From an uncultured Muribaculaceae bacterium (GTDB lineage: Bacteria > Bacillota_I > Bacilli_A > RF39 > UBA660), in assembly GCA_964513345.1 (NCBI GenBank), contig CAZELY010000006.1, positions 1-49,027 of the forward strand: 49,027 bases of DNA, read 5' to 3'. Below, piece by piece: positions 36,556-45,098 of this stretch; position 1 is the stretch's first letter; every line of letters begins with the position of its first letter. The notes under the pieces are model-generated. The model had not been told where the DNA came from and ran no database searches. It worked only from the letters and a program-made list of their open reading frames with translations. A program made the translations under genes and the position numbers.

Positions 36556-38688
36556 TCACCTCTTTGGTTTTATTAACGATAATGATACTTTATTTTTATC
36601 CATATATATATCATCAACATAACAATCAACGATATCGCCGACATTAACTACTTCCATTGGATGTTTAATAAACTTATCTGTCAATTTTGATATATGAGCC
36701 AAACCATCATTCTTAAGCCCAATATCAATAAAAGCTCCAAATGGTGTTACATTCCTAACCGTTCCTTGTAATTGCATGCCTATTTTTAAATCTTCTAAAT
36801 GAAGAACATCGCTTTTCAAAAGCGGTTTTGGCATATCATCACGGGGATCACGATTAGGTTTTTTTAATGATTTAATAATGTCTTCCAGCGTATATTTGTC
36901 AGTGCCTAATTTATCAGCATATTCATTTATATCAATGTCAATATCCATTTTTTCGGTTCCAATATCACTTAATGATAAATTCAATAAATCCAAAAGTTTT
37001 AAAGTAATATCATAGCTTTCTGGGTGAATAGCAGTAGCATCCAATATTTTATCACCATCAACAATTCTCAAAAAACCAACTGCTTGTTTATACGTTTTTG
37101 GAGATAGCAATTTGCTGATAACTCCCCTATTTTTTATTTTACCATTTTCGTCTCGATACTTAATTAATTTGTCAATGTTGGTTTTAGTAAGACCCGACAC
37201 ATATTTAAGTAAAGAACTGCTTGCGGTATTAACATTAACACCAACATTGTTGACAGCTTTTTCGACAACAAAATCCAATGAAGTACTTAATTTTTTGTTT
37301 GGTATATCGTGTTGATAAAGGCCAACCCCAATACTTTCTGGATCGATTTTAACTAATTCTGAAAGCGGGTCTTGCAGTCTTCTAGCAATACTGATCGCAC
37401 TTCGTTCTTCGACATGTAAATCAGGAAATTCAGAAATTGCCAATTTGGAAGCTGAATATACAGAAGCACCAGCTTCGCTTACGATAATATATTCAACTTT
37501 TCGTTTAGCTTCTTTAATAACATCAGCCACAAACGCTTCACTTTCTCTTGATGCGGTTCCATTACCAATAGCAATTATATCAATACTATATTTATCAATT
37601 AAATCAAGTAAAATTTGTTTGCTTTTTTCTTTTTCGTTTTTAGGTTCATGTGGGTAAATTACTTTAATATCTATTTTTTTTCCTGTAGTGTCGACTACTG
37701 CCAATTTGCATCCGGTTCTATATGCCGGATCAAAACCTAAAACCATTTTTTCTTTCATCGGTGGTTGCATTAATAAGTTTTCAAGATTTTTGCTGAAATT
37801 TTCAGTAGCTTCATCTTCAGCAATTTCTGTTAATTCTGATCTAATTTCTCTTTCGATAGATGGGGCAATTAAGCGTTTATAACTATCCGCAATAGATTCT
37901 TTAATTATGTAATTAAAAGGTCCTTCTTTTTTGATTAATTTTTCCTCTAAAAATTTCAAAATTTTCTCTTTATCAACATCAATATTTACAGTAATAATTT
38001 TTTCGTTTTCAGCTCTATTAATTGCTAGAACACGATAAGCTTTAGCATATTTTACTTTTTCTTGGAATTCATAATACATCTCATATACTTTATTTTCATC
38101 TTGAGCATTTTTCTTTAATTTAGTATTTATAATACCAGTATTATAAGTAAAATTTCTTATCCATTTACGGAAGTAGGCATTATCACTAATCCATTCAGCA
38201 ATAATATATGAAGCACCTTCTAATGCCGCATTTTCGTCTTTAACATTTTCATTTATAAATGGTTTTACTAGCTCGTCTTTTGATTTAGTAGTATATGCCA
38301 TTATTTGTTTAGCAAGTGGTTCCAACCCATTTTTAATAGCTTCAGTAGCTTTAGTTTTTTTCTTTTCTTTATATGGCCTATATAAATCCTCAACTTCAAC
38401 TAGCTTGCTAGCAGCCATTATTTGGTCTTTTAATTCATCAGTAAGCAATCCTTTTTCATCAATTAATCTAATAACATCTTCTTTTCTTTTTAAAAGATTT
38501 ACCCCATATTCATATACTTCATTAATTTTTCTAATTTGTTCTTCATCTAAATTGCCAGTGGCTTCTTTACGATATCTCGCAATAAAAGGAATAGTGTTTC
38601 CTTCTTCTAATAATTTAAGTGTTTTTTCTATTTGACTTTCTTTAATATTTAATTCGGTTGCGATGTCTTTTATAATATTTTCATTCAT
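36556..38688 (-). CDS. tex: Tex/YhgF S1-domain transcription accessory protein
   Basis: GNTIPFIARYRKE, GFDPAYRTGCK, SEAGASVYSAS and C-terminal S1 domain. Confidence 0.97.
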   Translation of the reverse strand: MNENIIKDIATELNIKESQIEKTLKLLEEGNTIPFIARYRKEATGNLDEEQIRKINEVYEYGVNLLKRKEDVIRLIDEKGLLTDELKDQIMAASKLVEVEDLYRPYKEKKKTKATEAIKNGLEPLAKQIMAYTTKSKDELVKPFINENVKDENAALEGASYIIAEWISDNAYFRKWIRNFTYNTGIINTKLKKNAQDENKVYEMYYEFQEKVKYAKAYRVLAINRAENEKIITVNIDVDKEKILKFLEEKLIKKEGPFNYIIKESIADSYKRLIAPSIEREIRSELTEIAEDEATENFSKNLENLLMQPPMKEKMVLGFDPAYRTGCKLAVVDTTGKKIDIKVIYPHEPKNEKEKSKQILLDLIDKYSIDIIAIGNGTASRESEAFVADVIKEAKRKVEYIIVSEAGASVYSASKLAISEFPDLHVEERSAISIARRLQDPLSELVKIDPESIGVGLYQHDIPNKKLSTSLDFVVEKAVNNVGVNVNTASSSLLKYVSGLTKTNIDKLIKYRDENGKIKNRGVISKLLSPKTYKQAVGFLRIVDGDKILDATAIHPESYDITLKLLDLLNLSLSDIGTEKMDIDIDINEYADKLGTDKYTLEDIIKSLKKPNRDPRDDMPKPLLKSDVLHLEDLKIGMQLQGTVRNVTPFGAFIDIGLKNDGLAHISKLTDKFIKHPMEVVNVGDIVDCYVDDIYMDKNKVSLSLIKPKR

Positions 38689-38743
38689 TTAAATCTCTCC
38701 TATTTATTTAAGTATAGCATATCAGCATTTATTTTTAAAGGCT

Positions 38744-39952
38744 TTAATATTTTTTACTTATTTTCTTTTTACCCCTCATTGAAGCCTTGCCAATCGCATT
38801 ATAGCCATATTTATTTTTTATTTTATCAACCGCATCATTTAGGCTACGATCGTTCAAATGATCGTCAGATTTATCAAAAATTGATGGTTGATAAATACTT
38901 TCATATGTTAAATCATCAACCCCTAATCCTACTAATCGAATAGCTTCATCTTTCCACATATCATCGACTAGCTTTTTAGCGGTTTCAAAAATAGTAGTCA
39001 TACTATTCGTAGCATTTTTTAATTTAACTTGGTGGGTAAAGTTTTTAAAATTGGAATTTTTAAGTTGAACTCGCACAACATAGGCATAGCGGTTTTCACG
39101 ACGAAGTTGCGATGACAAATTGTCGGCAATAGCTTCTAAAATGTCATAAACATCTTCTTTATAAATCAAATTGTGTGGAAGTGTGGTACTATTGCTTATA
39201 CCTTTCGATACTATTTGACTAGAATCAACTTTTGAATTATCAATGCCGTTAGCAAAGTTTATCATTCTTGATGCCTGATTTTTAAAGTATGGATATAAAT
39301 ATTCTACTTTTTTAACACTTAAATCACCAATGGTATTAATGCCAAGCTCACGTAATTTCAATGATGTTTTTTTACCGATAAAAAACAAATCTTCAATTGG
39401 TAAAATTTTCATTTTTTGATCAATCTCATTTTCAAAAAGTGTATGGACTTTATCAGGTTTTTCAAAATCAGAAGCCATTTTGGCACATAGTTTAGAATTA
39501 GCAATCCCTATGTTAACCGTAAAACCCAACTCTTTTTTAATTTCATTTTTTAATTTGTAAGCAAATTTAACCTCATCACCATATAAATGTTTAATTGGGC
39601 CATAATCTAAAAAGCATTCATCAATACTCATTTTTTCAATATCTGGTGTATATTTAGAAATCAAATCAAATAATTTATTGGACATTTCTTTATACCATTT
39701 ATAATTTGGTTTATATACTTTAAGCGTTGGGCATTTTTTTCTCGCCATATAAATTGGTTCACCGGTTTTAACGCCTTTCTTTTTTATGGGTGTTGATTTA
39801 GCAAGCACAATTCCATGACGTCTACTTTCTTCGAAGCCAATAACCGCATATGTGTTTCTAATATCTATGGTTGCACCTTCATTAAGCATTAAAACAGCTG
39901 TCCACGATAAGAAAGCATTGTTAACATCTATATGCATGATGATTCTTTCCAT
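38744..39952 (-). CDS. dinB: DNA polymerase IV
   Basis: HIDVNNAF, MSIDECFLD, AKMASDFEKP and little-finger domain; start placed at MERII. Confidence 0.93.
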   Translation of the reverse strand: MERIIMHIDVNNAFLSWTAVLMLNEGATIDIRNTYAVIGFEESRRHGIVLAKSTPIKKKGVKTGEPIYMARKKCPTLKVYKPNYKWYKEMSNKLFDLISKYTPDIEKMSIDECFLDYGPIKHLYGDEVKFAYKLKNEIKKELGFTVNIGIANSKLCAKMASDFEKPDKVHTLFENEIDQKMKILPIEDLFFIGKKTSLKLRELGINTIGDLSVKKVEYLYPYFKNQASRMINFANGIDNSKVDSSQIVSKGISNSTTLPHNLIYKEDVYDILEAIADNLSSQLRRENRYAYVVRVQLKNSNFKNFTHQVKLKNATNSMTTIFETAKKLVDDMWKDEAIRLVGLGVDDLTYESIYQPSIFDKSDDHLNDRSLNDAVDKIKNKYGYNAIGKASMRGKKKISKKY

Positions 39953-39976
39953 ATTACCACCACTTATATTATAACA

Positions 39977-39990
39977 CGAACGCATGTTTT
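39977..39990. promoter_or_regulatory. LexA/DinR (Cheo) box upstream of dinB
   Basis: CGAAC-GCAT-GTTTT, directly upstream of an extended -10 TGTTATAAT. Confidence 0.7.
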
Positions 39991-40025
39991 GTGCGCAAAA
40001 AAAGAAAGCATTTTTGCTTTCTTTC

Positions 40026-41564
40026 TTAGATAAGTGTTAAGATGCAGCAAACTAATAAAATAATTAAGGCTGCTACAACAGCAAATTTCCAGATGTATTT
40101 AATCCATTTTTTATAAGATACATCGAAATAGCTTAAACCAGCAATTAGAATAGCACTTGTTGGAAGTAAGATCATTGCTAAACTATACATTGATTGTGAT
40201 AATAGTCCTGCAATACTAATCATGCCTGAACTAAATCCAGAAATATAAGTTTGTAGACTATATAGTAAATAATATAAGTCATTGTAGAAGAAACTTCCAT
40301 ATAATGCGGTTAGACCTGTAGTAAGAACATTAAAGTCCCCTGTCATGGTCATGGTAGCATGGAACATTGTTTCTGTGATTGTTCCTGTTCCTTGATATGA
40401 TGCTTGATATAATACTGATAAGATTACACTAGCTAAAGCAGCATATAAAGCTGTTGGCATCATTTTCTTAATTCCAGCAATAAAGCTTTCAACAAATTCA
40501 TTTATTGATAATCTATAAATGAAAGCAATAACGATAGCTGCTAGAACCATCATAATAACAAATTCATTATTTCCCCAATAACCAAGAGCGTTGATACCAC
40601 TCAATAAATTTTCAAAAATTGGGAATCCATGAATTTTAACACCCATGATTGTTGAATGAAGATTACTAAATGCTTCAATTCCAAATGCATAATACCAGTT
40701 GTACATACCAAATAGTGATACAATCATCATAAGTGCGAAAATGATAACAAGTGGTAAAGTACTAATACCTTTGTTAGCGTTTACCTTTTTAACATCTTTG
40801 CTTATAGCCATGTTTTTAGTTGTTGCCTTAGTAGTACGCTTTGCAGGTTTTTTAGTTGTTTTAACTGCTTTTTTAGGTGCTGCTTTTTTAGGCTCAACTT
40901 TTTTAGTTTCGACTTTTTTAACAGTGGCTTCTTTTTTGACAGCTTTCACTTCTTTTTTAGCATTAAACTTAACAACAAATAAAATTAAAGCTGTTGTAAG
41001 TAATACTAGCAAGATTACTTTGGCAATGATTTGATCATTCATGTCTAAGAATAAAATGTTTTTAGTATAACCAGAAATGTTAAATCCATAAGTTGATGCC
41101 ATAGAACCTACTAGAATTGCTCCTACTGTAGCTGCTAGGCTAGCAACTTTATCAACATTCATTCTAGCAAAAATCATTGCGAATAATGGTACCAATGCAA
41201 ATAGTGGTAACATTAATCCAGTTAGTGAAGATAAAACTGCAAAGAAGATAATTGTACAAATTAAAAATCTTTTTTCTTTACCAGCTTTTTTCTTGCAGAT
41301 TTTTTCTACTAATGCATCCAAAGCTCCAGTTTTATGCATTACGCCATATAAACCACCTATACAGCAAAATACAACTACATATAGTGCAAAAGTGACAAAT
41401 GTAGATGCTGGAACACCTATTAAATCAAATAGGCCAATAGCATTAATACTACCTGTTGTAAATTTTGCTCCTTCCCCTGAGTAAGATCCTGTTGGAATAA
41501 TCCAACTAAGAACTACGAAAATTAAGAAACATATTCCAATTGCCTTTAATAAATTTCTTTTCAC
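40026..41564 (-). CDS. YfcC/DcuC-like multi-pass transporter with Lys-rich insert
   Basis: LSWIIPTGSY, IGGLYGVM.KTGA and ILLPTS...GL...DVSYKKW motifs; about 12 TM. Confidence 0.75.
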   Translation of the reverse strand: MKRNLLKAIGICFLIFVVLSWIIPTGSYSGEGAKFTTGSINAIGLFDLIGVPASTFVTFALYVVVFCCIGGLYGVMHKTGALDALVEKICKKKAGKEKRFLICTIIFFAVLSSLTGLMLPLFALVPLFAMIFARMNVDKVASLAATVGAILVGSMASTYGFNISGYTKNILFLDMNDQIIAKVILLVLLTTALILFVVKFNAKKEVKAVKKEATVKKVETKKVEPKKAAPKKAVKTTKKPAKRTTKATTKNMAISKDVKKVNANKGISTLPLVIIFALMMIVSLFGMYNWYYAFGIEAFSNLHSTIMGVKIHGFPIFENLLSGINALGYWGNNEFVIMMVLAAIVIAFIYRLSINEFVESFIAGIKKMMPTALYAALASVILSVLYQASYQGTGTITETMFHATMTMTGDFNVLTTGLTALYGSFFYNDLYYLLYSLQTYISGFSSGMISIAGLLSQSMYSLAMILLPTSAILIAGLSYFDVSYKKWIKYIWKFAVVAALIILLVCCILTLI

Positions 41565-41650
41565 TCTTTCTACCTCCCATGATAATTATAGCAGATTTTC
41601 TTTATAATATAAAGTTTTTTTGACAAAATTTACAATTTTTACTATAAAAA

Positions 41651-41670
41651 AAATATCACGAAGTGATATT
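41651..41670 (-). terminator. Terminator after phosphoesterase gene
   Basis: AATATCAC-TTC-GTGATATT followed by T-run. Confidence 0.65.
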
Positions 41671-41675
41671 AATAT

Positions 41676-42605
41676 TTATTTTCGACTTTTACGAAGTCTT
41701 TTATTACCAAATGTTTGTAATTCTTGACGCATACTTATAATATTTCCTTTTTTATCCATATCGATATCTAGCCACCAACAAGATTTATCATTAGCAAGTC
41801 CCTGGGCTTTACAAAATGGTGTCATGTCTTCTAAACAGCTTGTTTGAAAACAATGAGTATTATCTTGTTTCATGTAGAAACTTTGATGAATATGTCCTGT
41901 TTGCAAAATTTGTGGCAATTCGTCAATTGGAATAGTATCTAAATATTTTTGAATTTTATATGATTTAGCATAAGCGCTTCCGCCTTTACCATGGAATAGT
42001 CTTATCTTAAGCTTACCAATTTTTAAATCAGCATAGCCACTTCCTAAATAAACGATATCATCTCTTTGTTTAGCTATAGCTTTTACTATTTCGCTGCCGC
42101 TTGATTTATACCACCAATCATCGTGGTTTCCTTGAATAGCATATGTTTTTATTGAATCACTTTTAGGATATTTGTCAACACAATAATCTACTTGACCTTC
42201 ATAACTAACTTCTTTTAATTCATAAACGTGCTCAGGTCTAGTACTTCTACCATCGGTAAAATCACCAGCATGTAATATATGCTTAACACCACGTTTTTCT
42301 GCTTCTTCATATATGTAATTCAAAATATCTAAGCGATCATATTTACTTGCCAAATGCGTATCGCTTATTAAGCATAGTTTAAGGCTATCACTAGCATAAG
42401 GAACTTCATATACATCGTCCGTTTTAAAAGGTTGTTTTAATTTAACGATTTCACCATTAACATAATCAATTAATTCGCCATCTTCTTTCATAAGTTCAAC
42501 TAAGCCTATTACTTCATAATCCTTAAGTTCAAGTTCTGTACAGATGTCGACTAAATCCTTTCTTTTTTTAATTAGTTGTTTTAATTTCTTTTTTAATTCA
42601 TCCAT
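41676..42605 (-). CDS. Calcineurin-like metallophosphoesterase with N-terminal HTH-like domain
   Basis: SDTH, HAGD..DG, GNHD, FHG and TGHIH motifs. Confidence 0.9.
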   Translation of the reverse strand: MDELKKKLKQLIKKRKDLVDICTELELKDYEVIGLVELMKEDGELIDYVNGEIVKLKQPFKTDDVYEVPYASDSLKLCLISDTHLASKYDRLDILNYIYEEAEKRGVKHILHAGDFTDGRSTRPEHVYELKEVSYEGQVDYCVDKYPKSDSIKTYAIQGNHDDWWYKSSGSEIVKAIAKQRDDIVYLGSGYADLKIGKLKIRLFHGKGGSAYAKSYKIQKYLDTIPIDELPQILQTGHIHQSFYMKQDNTHCFQTSCLEDMTPFCKAQGLANDKSCWWLDIDMDKKGNIISMRQELQTFGNKRLRKSRK

Positions 42606-42763
42606 ATTAAACCTCCCACAAAATTTTTGGATAGAATCAACTAGTTATACATTAATCGAGGTTTTTAAAACTAAAAATCTACCATACATAAAAAAAGTTG
42701 ATGTTTAGTGATGCGGCAATAGCATCTAGTATCCTTTTACATTATAACATGCTTTTTGCAAAA

Positions 42764-42772
42764 TGTGGATAA
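42764..42772 (-). promoter_or_regulatory. Perfect DnaA box at the -35 position of the phosphoesterase promoter
   Basis: TTATCCACA on the minus strand, with its 3' end 17 bp upstream of TATAAT (42741-42746). Confidence 0.5.
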
Positions 42773-42816
42773 CTTTTTGAATTTTTTTGAAACTTTTTTT
42801 ACAAAAATAAAAAACC

Positions 42817-42833
42817 CTTTATATTAAAGGGCT
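42817..42833 (-). terminator. Terminator after 42844..43509
   Basis: GCCCTTT-AATAT-AAAGGGT followed by T-run. Confidence 0.65.
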
Positions 42834-42843
42834 CATAATTATG

Positions 42844-43509
42844 CTATTTGATTTTTATATAATCTTCTAAATTATATAAAGTGCCATCAGTACTTTGAGC
42901 AAGTACTGTAATATGTCCTCCGCCAGCATCTTCAATCCAAGCACTTGCAGTATAAAATTTAACTATGTTGGTTAAATTACTAACCTGTCCAGAAGATTTA
43001 AATTCTGATTTTTGCAATGAAGAATATATTGGAATATATTCTATGCTACCATCTTCCATAATAAATAAAGCGATAGTTCCTGTTTCATCTTGCCCTATTG
43101 TTCCAATATAAATATCTTCTATTTCTTTAGAAAAATTAACTACAAATTCATCATATTTATCTTTTTTTAAATTAGAATCAACAAGATTATTCCACGAAAC
43201 ACTAATCTTTATTTGTTTTTGATTATCTCCTAAATTAATATTTATGCCTGTCATTGACCATGCTTGAGATAGTGAATATTTCAAATCTTTATTTGATGAC
43301 AAAACTTTAGAAGAATTAAACTTAAATAAATAATTAATACTATCTTGTTTTTCTGTTCCCATAGTTTTTCCATCTTGTTTCTCTGTTTTAGTAGGTTCCT
43401 CATTTTCTTTATTTAAAACTTTATCATAAACAATATATCCACCCAAACCAATAACTGCTAATAATAAAGCAATAATTAATATAGTCTTTCCTGTACTTTT
43501 ATTTTCCAT
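42844..43509 (-). CDS. Membrane-anchored surface protein, GLGGYIVYDK family
   Basis: MENKSTGKTILIIALLLAVIGLGGYIVYDKVLN; start placed at MENK. Confidence 0.9.
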   Translation of the reverse strand: MENKSTGKTILIIALLLAVIGLGGYIVYDKVLNKENEEPTKTEKQDGKTMGTEKQDSINYLFKFNSSKVLSSNKDLKYSLSQAWSMTGININLGDNQKQIKISVSWNNLVDSNLKKDKYDEFVVNFSKEIEDIYIGTIGQDETGTIALFIMEDGSIEYIPIYSSLQKSEFKSSGQVSNLTNIVKFYTASAWIEDAGGGHITVLAQSTDGTLYNLEDYIKIK

Positions 43510-43612
43510 TTTTTCACTCCTTACATTTTTATACAATTTAATTTTATCACATTTTTATTGTTTATTATTGCAATAATTTCTTTTTTGCATCCATTTGACA
43601 TGTTGTTTTACA

Positions 43613-43643
43613 AAAAAACTTACAAACATATAGTTTGTAAGTT
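43613..43643 (-). terminator. Terminator immediately beyond the cassette B att repeat
   Basis: AACTTACAAAC-TATAT-GTTTGTAAGTT followed by T-run. Confidence 0.75.
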
Positions 43644-43652
43644 ATTTCCACC

Positions 43653-43729
43653 TGGAGCAAGGAAAGAAGAAGTCTGACAACTTTTTCACACGTCCAAATA
43701 TTAGTAATTAGATTTACTAACTACATTAA
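43653..43729 (-). repeat. Conserved cassette right arm + att core (copy 2)
   Basis: Reverse complement matches 22940-23016 with 5 mismatches in the 66-nt arm. Confidence 0.92.
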
Positions 43730-43764
43730 GTATATCATAGAAGTTATTTATATAATTATAAATT

Positions 43765-44601
43765 TTATTTTATAACTTCATAACTTACTAAATAATAATT
43801 GTTATTATCTTTAGCAAATGTGTATTTGTATTGTGGCTTTAGGTTTTTAAATTGGTCATAATTTTGTTCGTAGTATTGTTTTGCTTTTTCTTTATCTGTT
43901 TTAAGAACTTCACCAATTTCACTTTTATTTGTAAATTGATGTAATTCATTAATCTTTGTTGTAAATTGAGCATCAGCATAATATTCTTGTTCTGGGGTTT
44001 CAATTAGCCCCATAGCTGGTTCATATACTCTTGTAATTGTAAGTACATAATTATCTACATTCTTTTCAATATTTGCTACTTTTGAAATTAATGGTTTATT
44101 TTCCATAGCATCGTGTGATACATTGTTTTCCACATAATCATTTTTTGTTTTATCAAATGTAGCAAGTGGCATTGTGAAACCACCAAATATTATGTCGGGG
44201 TAATTAGTTAATTGTATATTATATAAATCTTTTAGATAATTATCTACATTTGTTTTGTTTATAGTTATATTATTTAAAAGAAAATAAAAATATAATGTTT
44301 CAATTTGAGCCTCACTTAATTCATTTTTTACTGTTAAATTATTTAAATTTTCTACATCTCCAAAAATATACAATTTATATTTTTCTGATTTTTCAAAGAG
44401 TGAATTAGCAATAGCATTTAAATCCTCTTTTGGTGCTTCTACTTTTTCTGTTTTTTCAGGTTCATTTGCTTCTGTACTTTCTTTAGTTAACAATTTATCA
44501 TAGACAATATAGCCACCTAATCCTAAAACTAACAATACTAAAATAATAATAGCAATTATTGTTCCTTTGCTTTTTTTTAAATTTTCATTTTGATTTTCCA
44601 T
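43765..44601 (-). CDS. Cassette B cargo: membrane-anchored surface protein, GLGGYIVYDK family
   Basis: MENQNENLKKSKGTIIAIIILVLLVLGLGGYIVYDKLL; ectodomain unrelated by eye to the cassette A cargo. Confidence 0.9.
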   Translation of the reverse strand: MENQNENLKKSKGTIIAIIILVLLVLGLGGYIVYDKLLTKESTEANEPEKTEKVEAPKEDLNAIANSLFEKSEKYKLYIFGDVENLNNLTVKNELSEAQIETLYFYFLLNNITINKTNVDNYLKDLYNIQLTNYPDIIFGGFTMPLATFDKTKNDYVENNVSHDAMENKPLISKVANIEKNVDNYVLTITRVYEPAMGLIETPEQEYYADAQFTTKINELHQFTNKSEIGEVLKTDKEKAKQYYEQNYDQFKNLKPQYKYTFAKDNNNYYLVSYEVIK

Positions 44602-44699
44602 AAAACACACACCTTTCTACTTTTTTATGCAACAACATTTTATCATACATCTAATAAAAATGGTGTAGGTACTATTATAAAAAATTGTGCTTTACATTT

Positions 44700-44882
44700 T
44701 TACTTTACATAAGCAATATTAGTGTTTTTAATGCTTATAATATTACCGTTTTCATAAGTAGGAGTAGTATTAGTAAACCGGCATTAAAATTAATGTCGTT
44801 TATTTTCTAATTGTAAAACTTTTACATCTTCTTTTTTAAATGTTTTATTTATTTCTAATTCTTTAGTTTTTTTATCTAACAT
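44700..44882 (-). pseudogene. Interrupted reading frame (MLDKKTK...NKRH**...FTNTTPTYENGNIISIKNTNIAYVK)
   Basis: ATG with RBS-like GAAAGTGAGAG; 61 codons in one frame with two internal TAA. Confidence 0.4.
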
Positions 44883-44980
44883 ATAATCACTCTCACTTTC
44901 CATTTTACATAACAAAAAAACTAACTATTTCTAGTTAGTAAATCTATTTATGTTCGAAAAGTTCGAACTTACTATCAACC

Positions 44981-45055
44981 TGGAGCAAGTGACCGGAATC
45001 GAACCGGCATCTTAGCCTTGGCAAGGCCATATACTAACCGTTGTACTACACCTGC
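44981..45055 (-). tRNA. tRNA-Gly(GCC)
   Basis: 75-nt cloverleaf GCAGGTG...CACTTGC-T-CCA, anticodon loop TT-GCC-AA. Confidence 0.96.
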
Positions 45056-45098
45056 AAGAAAGAACTTTAAAAGTTCTTTTTAATTATATAATAAATAA

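Larger units (their letters stand above)
43650..44980 (-). mobile_element. Mini-island/cassette B integrated at the 3' end of tRNA-Gly(GCC)
   Basis: 12-bp direct repeat CTTGCTCCAGGT (44978-44989 and 43650-43661); ends and promoter block homologous to cassette A. Confidence 0.85.

Noticed and set aside
45058-45081. Hairpin AAAGAACT-TTTA-AAGTTCTTT just before tRNA-Gly(GCC) as an attenuator
   Set aside because: More simply the gltX terminator or a processing signal; a TTTACA-N17-TATAAT promoter overlaps the gltX end, and nothing indicates regulation.
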